A stretch of DNA of 64,000 bases, from assembly GCA_944387575.1 (NCBI GenBank), contig CALXFK010000064.1:20689-84688 (forward strand). Reading direction: 5' to 3'. Under the pieces are notes generated by a model. The model had not been told where the DNA came from, searched no databases, and saw nothing but the letters and a program-made list of their open reading frames with translations. Numbering within the stretch: the first letter of the stretch is position 1; each line of letters opens with the position of its first letter. Source of the DNA: an uncultured Clostridia bacterium (lineage in GTDB: Bacteria; Bacillota; Clostridia; Oscillospirales; JAAYOS01). Positions 1-6,754 of the stretch are shown here, piece after piece. The translations under genes were made by a program, and so were the position numbers.

Positions 1-1230
1 GGAAAACCGCTCCTTCTCGTGCCAGATGGCGTCGCGCAGGAGGTCTCCGGCGGAGTATCCGGCGGCGGGGCAGAGCCACTCAATACGCTTCTGTGTTATA
101 AACTCTGATATTTTTGAGCGGTCCTCTTCGGTGAGGATGTAGCTTATCGGGATAGTGGAGATACGGCGGTTAGAAACCGGAACCCCCTCGACTGTTGTAA
201 GGACAAGGTCGGTTCCGGAGAAGTCGAAGAAGGCTGACCGGTTTGCAGGAATAAGACTGGTAATGTCAAGGTAATTGCTGAATGCGCCGAGCACATCCCG
301 CTTTGACGACCAGAGTGAAGACCTGTTGCGGTGACCGCATATGACGGTACGGAGCTTGTACTCGGGGTGCATTTTAAACAGGAATTCAAGTCCGCCGGAT
401 ATGCAGTGCGCGAGGTTTATGAGCTCTATTTCGGTGAGGGTACGCGAGAGGTATTCCTCCGCGATTGGCTGGAAGAGCATGGCGATCTCCATCTCGTCGA
501 GAAGGCGTTCCTTTGTAAAGCCCGCGTTGTCCTGACTGTTGTAGATTCGCCGACTGCGCTGCAGGTCGCGGATGTACAGGGTGAGGGTTATGTAGAAATC
601 GCGGTCACCCGAGAAGTCGATACTGAATACGCTGCGGATGCGCTTGAGATACAGGTCGGCGAGCTGCCGTGTGCGAGAGTCAACGTACCGGGACAGGAAA
701 ACCGGATTTGTGATGTCGAGTTCGGACGGGTCGCCGAGCGAAAAGAGCTCATAGATCGCGTCCTGCTCATGGGGTGGAAAGGTACGCCCGAACCTGTCTT
801 TCAATAGCTCGAACAGCTCTTCACAGGCGCGGGAGGCGCGAATGCTCTCTCGGTGGAGAGGCGCGGCGGCGGGAAGTGGATGACCGCTGCCGAACCGCTG
901 GTTCATGACCGCCACCGAAATGTCCAGATATACGAGTAGAGGGTCCTCCATGAGAATGTTGTATTTCTGGAGAAGAATGGGGATAGTGTCCACGGCGAAG
1001 TCTATTATCTGCTCGTCAATAAAGTGATAGCTGTAATAGGCGTTTCCCTTCTTGCTGTAATCCCAGTCTTCATGGGTGAGCCGGGTCAGTATCTCGCGTA
1101 TCTTATACTCGTCACGCTCAAAAAAGACCTCGTTTTTTCGCTGGGTGAGCCCTATAAACGGCTCCGCGGCACTGAATTTCCGCCGCACGTTGTTCAGGGA
1201 CTGCTGGAGAGTGGTGTGGCTTATGAACAT
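1..1230 (-). CDS. PRD-domain transcriptional regulator of the BglG/LicR/MtlR type. It is partial: the 3' end lies left of the window. The 5' end may be truncated.
   Basis: My own translation of the minus strand (codons at 3k+1) is open from 1299 down to position 1. It reads ...LEDEMFISHTTLQQSLNNVRRKF (HTH recognition-helix-like), followed by PRD-like segments and an EIIB-like KLRTVICGHRNRSS. The only in-frame start is the ATG at 1230..1228. The ORF is absent from the ORF track because it runs off the window edge. Confidence 0.6.
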   Translation of the reverse strand, partial: MFISHTTLQQSLNNVRRKFSAAEPFIGLTQRKNEVFFERDEYKIREILTRLTHEDWDYSKKGNAYYSYHFIDEQIIDFAVDTIPILLQKYNILMEDPLLVYLDISVAVMNQRFGSGHPLPAAAPLHRESIRASRACEELFELLKDRFGRTFPPHEQDAIYELFSLGDPSELDITNPVFLSRYVDSRTRQLADLYLKRIRSVFSIDFSGDRDFYITLTLYIRDLQRSRRIYNSQDNAGFTKERLLDEMEIAMLFQPIAEEYLSRTLTEIELINLAHCISGGLEFLFKMHPEYKLRTVICGHRNRSSLWSSKRDVLGAFSNYLDITSLIPANRSAFFDFSGTDLVLTTVEGVPVSNRRISTIPISYILTEEDRSKISEFITQKRIEWLCPAAGYSAGDLLRDAIWHEKERFS

Positions 1231-1423
1231 CTCATCCTCGAGGTCGAAGGTGTTGAGCGGGGCGTCGGCAAGGCAGAGCCGGAAAGCAAGGTAAAAGTGT
1301 TAACATTTCGCAGATAACGACCTACCTCGAAGATGAGACGGACGTGGAGATTTCGTTTATGGGATTCAAGAAAAATCGGACGGTAGGCGAGGCAGCGAGC
1401 TACGTGTTTGGACTGATAGGTGA

Positions 1424-1786
1424 GTGAGAGCCGGGGTGGATATTCTTGCGGTCTCAAGGCTGAGACCGCTTATGCAGTGGAGCTCGGATCCGTTCTGGCA
1501 AAAGATGTTTTCGGAGGCAGAGCGCCGTGAAGCGGCATTAAGAAATGATCCGCTGAGCTACTTTGCGGGAAGATGGGCGGCAAAGGAGGCTGTCATGAAA
1601 GCTCTGCCATCCTGGCGCAATCCGGAAGATTCCGCGCGCACACTTGAAGAATGCAACATAGAGATACTGACCGGAGAGAATGGGGAGCCGTATCTCCTGA
1701 TATGCGGGAGAGAACGCAACATATCCGTGTCGATATCACACGAGGCGGAGTATGCGGTTGCCTTTGCGGTGAATTTTGAGGAATAA
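1424..1786 (+). CDS. acpS: Holo-[acyl-carrier-protein] synthase (4'-phosphopantetheinyl transferase)
   Basis: A 120-aa ORF with a GTG start. The N-terminal GVDI motif, FAGRWAAKEAVMKAL and ISHEAEYAVAFAV match the AcpS family pattern. Confidence 0.8.
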   Translation: MRAGVDILAVSRLRPLMQWSSDPFWQKMFSEAERREAALRNDPLSYFAGRWAAKEAVMKALPSWRNPEDSARTLEECNIEILTGENGEPYLLICGRERNISVSISHEAEYAVAFAVNFEE

Positions 1787-1788
1787 CC

Positions 1789-1833
1789 ATGACATTTACT
1801 GAAAGAATGCTTGAAAAAGCAAAGAAAAAATGA
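1789..1833 (+). other. 14-codon mini-ORF (MTFTERMLEKAKKK*) that looks like the displaced N-terminus of the downstream pta-like gene
   Basis: The ATG at 1789 lies 3 nt after the acpS stop. The mini-ORF stop TGA (1831..1833) overlaps the ATG at 1830 (AATGA). The peptide aligns with the conserved Pta N-terminus (MSFLEQIIERAK... as I recall it from clostridial Pta). Confidence 0.6.
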
Positions 1834-2777
1834 AAAGTATTGCGCTGCCCGAGGCGGAAAACGAAAAGGTTTTGCGTGCGGCGGCGAAGCTGGTGGAGCT
1901 GGGAGCAGCAAAGCCGGTGCTGGTAGGAGCCCCTGATGCGGTGGGGCGCGCAGCGGCAGAGCATGGAGTGGCGCTCGACGGCATTGAGATAGTGAACGCT
2001 GAGGAAGAGGGATTTCTTGCTGAGTTGAAGGCGGATTTTCTCGCACAGAGCTCAGAACTCAGCGAAAAGGCGCTTGGGCGCAAGTTTCGCGACCCGCTGA
2101 ATGTTGCGGCGGCAATGGTACGCACCGGGCGGGCGGACTGCCTTGCGGCGGGAATAGTACATACCACAGGGGAAGTTATTTTGGCGGCGCAGGTATTTGT
2201 CGGCACGAGACCAGGGATCTCGGTTATCTCGAGCATTGGCATGGTCGAGTTTCCGAATTTTAAGACATCTGAGGGAAACCTCATCTGTTTTGCGGACTGC
2301 GCGGTCAATGCACGTCCGACAAGTGAGGAGCTTGCAGAGATAGCTATGGCGTCGGCGGACACTGTCGTCTCGCTGCTGGGATGGAGACCGAGGGTGGCAA
2401 TGCTCTCATTTTCGACGAAGGGTTCAAGCGAGCACGAGGAGGTAGAGCGGGTGCGTGCGGCGGTGGAGATCGCGCGGGAGCGGAGACCGGGACTCGCAAT
2501 AGACGGAGAGTTTCAGCTTGATGCCGCTATCATACCGGAAGTGGCGGCAAGGAAGGTGGGGGACGGCTCCGAAGTTGCGGGGCGGGCAAACGTGCTCATA
2601 TTCCCTGATCTGGGAGCGGGAAATATCGGCGTCAAGATGACGCAGATATTTGCGGGTGCGACCGCACACGGACCGCTGCTCCAGGGATTTTCAAAGCCGG
2701 TCACAGATTTTTCCCGCTCGGCGCCGGTCGAGGAGATCGTCGGTAACCTGACCGCACTTGCGGTTCTGGCACAGTGA
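1830..2777 (+). CDS. pta: Phosphate acetyl/butyryl-transferase (PTA_PTB family, Pta-like)
   Basis: A 315-aa ORF. The C-terminal IDGEFQLDAAIIPEVAARK...VAGRANVLIFPDLGAGNIGVK...GPLLQGFSKPVTDFSRS closely follows the remembered Pta consensus. It lies directly upstream of buk, so the acyl specificity is uncertain. Confidence 0.8.
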   Translation: MKSIALPEAENEKVLRAAAKLVELGAAKPVLVGAPDAVGRAAAEHGVALDGIEIVNAEEEGFLAELKADFLAQSSELSEKALGRKFRDPLNVAAAMVRTGRADCLAAGIVHTTGEVILAAQVFVGTRPGISVISSIGMVEFPNFKTSEGNLICFADCAVNARPTSEELAEIAMASADTVVSLLGWRPRVAMLSFSTKGSSEHEEVERVRAAVEIARERRPGLAIDGEFQLDAAIIPEVAARKVGDGSEVAGRANVLIFPDLGAGNIGVKMTQIFAGATAHGPLLQGFSKPVTDFSRSAPVEEIVGNLTALAVLAQ

Positions 2778-2787
2778 GGGGCGAAGT

Positions 2788-3888
2788 ATGGCATACAGGG
2801 TATTTGCCGTGAACCCCGGCTCGACCTCCACAAAGATTGCGCTGTTTGAGGACGGGGAAAAGTTATTTTCTGAGAATGTAAGTCACGACTCCTCGGTGCT
2901 TGCGCAGTACGGAACCCTCTACGAGCAGCTTGCATACCGTGAGCGGACGATAGAGGAGCTGCTCGAAAGAGAGGGTGTAAAACTCGACGGATTGGACGCC
3001 TGCGTGGGCAGGGGCGGAGGACTTATAGCGATGGAGGGCGGTACCTACGAGATAGACGAACTGGTGCTTGACCACTCGATAAATGCGGAAAACGGAGTTA
3101 TTCACCCGGCGTGTCTCGGACCGAGCCTTGCAAAGAACTTTGCGGAAAGGTATGGCGCAAGGGCTTTTACCGTAAACCCACCGGATGTAGACGAACTCCA
3201 GGATGTGGCGCGGGTGACAGGGATAAAAGGGGTGTACCGCGAGGTGCATCTGCATGCGCTGAACCTTAAGGAGACGGCGATAAGGCATGCGTCGGGCATC
3301 GGACGCCATTATGACGACTGCCGGTTTATCGTCTGCCACATAGGCGGGGGAGTATCGGTATCGGCGCACCGTGACGGTCGTATGGTGGATGGGTACGATA
3401 TAGTTGGCGGAGAGGGTCCGATGGCACCGACGAGGTGCGGTGGAGTTTCGATCGCCGGCATCCTGCGGTATGCGGGAAATGCGGATCTGCGGTCTCTTGG
3501 CGAATTGTGCACAAAGAGCGGCGGGTTTGTCAGCCTGCTCGGCACATCCGACGCCATAGAGGTGACGGAAAGGGCGGAGCGCGGCGACCAATTCGCAAAG
3601 ATTGTGTGGGACGCAATGATCTATCAGATCGCAAAAGGCATAGGAGCAATGGCGTCGGTACTGCAAGGTCGTGTGGATGGAATACTTCTCGGAGGAGGGA
3701 TGGTCCACAGCGATGATCTGGTGCGTCAGATCCGAGAAAGCTGCGGTTGGATAGCTCCGGTGAGTGCATACCCGGGAGAGTTTGAAATGGAGGCGATGGC
3801 TGCCGGAGCGGTGCGAGTGCTTTGTGGAAAAGAAACTGCAAAACAGTACACCGGCAGACCGGTATGGAGTGGGTTTCCCTTCGAATAA
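2788..3888 (+). CDS. buk: Butyrate kinase
   Basis: MAYRVFAVNPGSTSTKIALFEDG..., VGRGG and HIGGGVSV are typical of the Buk/acetate-kinase fold. I chose the ATG at 2788 (GAGGGG RBS 6 nt upstream) rather than the track start at 2758. Confidence 0.9.
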   Translation: MAYRVFAVNPGSTSTKIALFEDGEKLFSENVSHDSSVLAQYGTLYEQLAYRERTIEELLEREGVKLDGLDACVGRGGGLIAMEGGTYEIDELVLDHSINAENGVIHPACLGPSLAKNFAERYGARAFTVNPPDVDELQDVARVTGIKGVYREVHLHALNLKETAIRHASGIGRHYDDCRFIVCHIGGGVSVSAHRDGRMVDGYDIVGGEGPMAPTRCGGVSIAGILRYAGNADLRSLGELCTKSGGFVSLLGTSDAIEVTERAERGDQFAKIVWDAMIYQIAKGIGAMASVLQGRVDGILLGGGMVHSDDLVRQIRESCGWIAPVSAYPGEFEMEAMAAGAVRVLCGKETAKQYTGRPVWSGFPFE

Positions 3889-3901
3889 TGCTAAAATTTA
3901 A

Positions 3902-3930
3902 TTGAAAAGTTTCAATGTGTGTGGTATACT
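3902..3930 (+). promoter_or_regulatory. Sigma-A-type promoter of the LacI-family gene, overlapping a 14-bp palindrome
   Basis: The elements are TTGAAA (3902..3907), a 17-bp spacer and TGgTATACT (extended -10, 3922..3930). The imperfect palindrome TTGAAAAGTTTCAA (3902..3915) covers the -35 element. Confidence 0.5.
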
Positions 3931-3996
3931 GTAGTTAATGGGAATTATTCCTCTGATGCGGAGGAAAAGTGAAGAAACTTTCTGTCAGTGAGGTAA

Positions 3997-5022
3997 ATGA
4001 CGGTGGCAACAGTTCTGGACGTGGCGCGGGAGGCAGGAGTATCCCCCGCAACTGTTTCGAGGGTCATAAATAGCAGTATGCTGGTCTCGGACGAGAAGAA
4101 ACAGCTTGTATATGCGGCCATGGAGAAGGTCGGATATGTTATCCCGATAAAGGATCGCCCCTCGCGCGCAGGCAATGGAAAACTGATGCTTGCCATTACA
4201 AACATCTCCCGGTATTCGCTTTTCGAGGGGATGCAGCTTGCAGCCGGGGAGATGGGGTATGGTTTCGTCATTCTCCAGACCTCCGAGGTCCAGCCGGAAT
4301 ATGCCGAAGCTATCAGCACGTTGAAGCTGCTCCATTCGGGCGGACAGCTTGCCGGAATCATGCTTGTCAACTACAATGCAAGCGTGCAAAGCGCCGACCT
4401 TGAGCAGGCGATTCGAAATTTCCCTGTGGTCAGCGTCTGCGAGCCGCTCAAGGGTACGAGTCTCGTTACGTCGGACGACTATCAGGCGGCATACGACGTC
4501 ACCGAGCACCTGATCTCGCTTGGGCGCCGCAAAATAGCCTTCTTTGTGACGCGCAGTCCGGAGAACCGCGCGAACTTTGAGCTCCAGAGGATACGCGGAT
4601 ATCGTTCCGCGCTTATAGAGCACGGCATCGTCCCGGTTGAGGAACTGGTATACTATTCGGATTTTGTTCCGGAGGGCGGATATGACACGATGCGCAGGCT
4701 GATAAAAGATGGCGACCTGCCGGACGCTATCGTCTGTCTGGGTGACGTTATGGCTTACGGATGTATGCGTGCGCTGCGTGAACATGGGATCTCGATACCG
4801 GATGACATAGCGGTGGTTGGGATGGACGATGAGAGGGAGAGCGAGTATATGGCGCCCCCACTCACAAGTGTCAGGCAGAATTTCGAGGAGATAGGCAGGG
4901 AGGCTGTGCGGTTGCTCCACAAGCATATTACAGACAGCTCAGCGGCTCCGTGCAAGATATTTGTGCCACACACGCTTGTTATCCGCGAATCGAGCGGAGG
5001 AAAGCAGGAAGAGATCGGCTAA
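3997..5022 (+). CDS. LacI/GalR-family transcriptional regulator
   Basis: The N-terminal HTH reads TVLDVAREAGVSPATVSRVINSS. It is followed by a periplasmic-binding-protein-like sugar-binding core. Confidence 0.9.
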   Translation: MTVATVLDVAREAGVSPATVSRVINSSMLVSDEKKQLVYAAMEKVGYVIPIKDRPSRAGNGKLMLAITNISRYSLFEGMQLAAGEMGYGFVILQTSEVQPEYAEAISTLKLLHSGGQLAGIMLVNYNASVQSADLEQAIRNFPVVSVCEPLKGTSLVTSDDYQAAYDVTEHLISLGRRKIAFFVTRSPENRANFELQRIRGYRSALIEHGIVPVEELVYYSDFVPEGGYDTMRRLIKDGDLPDAIVCLGDVMAYGCMRALREHGISIPDDIAVVGMDDERESEYMAPPLTSVRQNFEEIGREAVRLLHKHITDSSAAPCKIFVPHTLVIRESSGGKQEEIG

Positions 5023-5040
5023 GAACGGTAAAAATGGGAA

Positions 5041-5069
5041 CAGCCCCGCGAACTCTGTTCGCGGGGCTG
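5041..5069. terminator. Bidirectional hairpin terminator between convergent genes
   Basis: There is a perfect 13-bp stem, cagccccgcgaac / gttcgcggggctg, with a 3-nt loop. T/A-rich flanks lie on both sides. Confidence 0.6.
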
Positions 5070-5170
5070 AATTTCTCGGGAAATATCTGTTTTTTAGAAG
5101 TTCCGGCAAAAGTAATGTGCGGGTCATATGGGTTATAGCTCGGAAAAGAACGGGACGTGGCAGTGCGGTG

Positions 5171-6148
5171 TTATCTGCCGATAAGGTGCTTCAGCATCTC
5201 CTGGTGACGGCGCACCTGTTCGAGCTCGTCGCAGAATTCGTCCACGCCAAACAGGCTTTGTCCCTCATACTCACTCGAAATGAAACCGTCGTAGCCAATC
5301 TCGTGCAGGACGCGCAGCGGCTCCTCATATTCGATGCAGGATTCGCAACAGTTTTCGTCCATGTCGTAGAATTTGCCGTGACAGTGGACTATGTACTTCG
5401 CAATGTCGCGGAGCACCTTCGGTTCGGAGTAAACTGTGCGGGCAAACGAGTTTGCAAGGCCGATCTCTGCGGCGTTTGCACCGGCTGCGGTCATCCTGGA
5501 GGTAAGTTCTGCAAACGGTGTATGTGCCTCGGTGAGCTCGCACAAGAGGTCGACCATCTCCTGGCGCGCACCGCTCCTTAGCGCGTTTTCAATTCGTTTT
5601 TTTGCCGGACGCACCTGGAAAATACCGAAGTCGGGGACGATGCCAACATATTTTGAGCCGCTGCGATCCATCATCTCCAGGTACTCGGTTATCCACCTCG
5701 CAGTGAAGGTCATCGGCGAATGGACTTCAATGCCCATCTTGACGCCATAGTGCTCGGCTATCGGTATGGACGCCTCCATGACCTCCTTGCGCACCGGGCA
5801 GAGCACGCGAATGACCGGGAAACCAAGCCTGCTTGCCAGTTTCAGGTCGCGCTCCATCTGCATGACCTGCTCTTTGAGGGTCAGTATACTGTTCTTATAG
5901 AGCATCCAGTCGATGAAACTGTCCATGCAGGCGGGGGTAACGCCGTACTTGTCGAGCCAGCCCTTCCACATATCCACATCCGCGTCGGAGGGATTTGGGA
6001 AACTGCCGACCGGGGTCTGCTCTGCGAGGATCTCTATTCCGTCCGCACCAAGCGTCTTGCCGGTGTACTCCATGAGTTCCTCGAGGCTTTTTCTGCCGGT
6101 GTAATAGCTCTCCTGGTAACTGTAAAAAGATACGCTTCTCTTTATCAT
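5171..6148 (-). CDS. Sugar phosphate isomerase/epimerase (xylose-isomerase-like TIM barrel), a candidate large subunit of a C-glycoside deglycosidase
   Basis: A 325-aa ORF with an AAAGGTGA RBS. Metal-ligand-like positions occur at GIEVHSP, VPDFGIF, HCHGKFYD and SSEYEGQ, as in the AP-endonuclease-2/xylose-isomerase-like TIM family. Confidence 0.75.
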   Translation of the reverse strand: MIKRSVSFYSYQESYYTGRKSLEELMEYTGKTLGADGIEILAEQTPVGSFPNPSDADVDMWKGWLDKYGVTPACMDSFIDWMLYKNSILTLKEQVMQMERDLKLASRLGFPVIRVLCPVRKEVMEASIPIAEHYGVKMGIEVHSPMTFTARWITEYLEMMDRSGSKYVGIVPDFGIFQVRPAKKRIENALRSGARQEMVDLLCELTEAHTPFAELTSRMTAAGANAAEIGLANSFARTVYSEPKVLRDIAKYIVHCHGKFYDMDENCCESCIEYEEPLRVLHEIGYDGFISSEYEGQSLFGVDEFCDELEQVRRHQEMLKHLIGR

Positions 6149-6207
6149 ATAAATTCACCTTTAATATTGTGGAGTTCGCCTTTCGGGCGACGCAGGAAGT
6201 CCTGTAC

Positions 6208-6609
6208 TCAGCCTCCCATTGGGCAGACGGTAAAGCTCTGGCTGAACGGGAGGACCATCCCCATGTAACTGACGCGAATTCCAATAAACACGTCGACTCT
6301 GTGCGTGCCGAGATGGATGCCTCCGTTTCGCCGCACAAATATCGTCATCTTCTCGCCATACTCCCAGCGCAGGTCGGGCATCGTGGACATCTCATCGAAC
6401 GTATATGTCTCACTGCCTATTGTGAAGGTCATATCGGACGGTCCGTACTCCTGACCGTCAAGCGAAATCCTGACCGTATCTATCAGACTGAGAGACACGC
6501 CGCGGTAATAGGGAATCTTTGTCTTTACCTCAAAGCCCACCGCAACACCGTTTTTTACGACCGACTGGATCTCCTCCGGGTCAATCGCATATTTCAAATA
6601 TGTGGACAT
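6208..6609 (-). CDS. Small beta-strand-rich protein, a candidate C-glycoside deglycosidase small subunit (DUF6379-like as I recall the family)
   Basis: The protein is 133 aa from the ATG at 6609, with an AGGAGG RBS at 6617..6622 (minus strand). Sequence includes MSTYLKYAIDPEE...IPYYRGVSLSLIDTVRISLDGQEY. It lies 59 nt upstream of, and co-oriented with, the TIM-barrel gene. I rejected the track start at 6660. Confidence 0.5.
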   Translation of the reverse strand: MSTYLKYAIDPEEIQSVVKNGVAVGFEVKTKIPYYRGVSLSLIDTVRISLDGQEYGPSDMTFTIGSETYTFDEMSTMPDLRWEYGEKMTIFVRRNGGIHLGTHRVDVFIGIRVSYMGMVLPFSQSFTVCPMGG

Positions 6610-6694
6610 GCTTTCGCCTCCTGTTCTCACACTGTTTACGCAATTATTATACAACACCAATGACTGGATTTCAAGAATATTTCAGAAAGTTTTC

Positions 6695-6723
6695 TTGACA
6701 AATTTCTGTTTGTGGTTTATTAT
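6695..6723 (+). promoter_or_regulatory. Sigma-A-type promoter for the flavoprotein gene
   Basis: The elements are TTGACA (6695..6700), a 17-bp spacer and TATTAT (6718..6723). An AGGAGGG RBS lies just upstream of the ATG at 6755. The palindrome-like AGAAAGTTTTCT (6684..6695) abuts the -35 element. Confidence 0.55.
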
Positions 6724-6754
6724 ATAATCAACAAAAAATTAGGAGGGCGCTGCA

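Noticed and set aside
1820-1835. Programmed -1 ribosomal frameshifting or transcriptional slippage at the A-run joining the 14-codon ORF to pta.
   Set aside because: There are only six consecutive A residues, preceded by G, so there is no X XXY YYZ heptamer. No obvious downstream stimulatory structure is present, and the run is too short for efficient transcriptional slippage. A sequencing indel, or simple reinitiation at the overlapping ATG, is more parsimonious.
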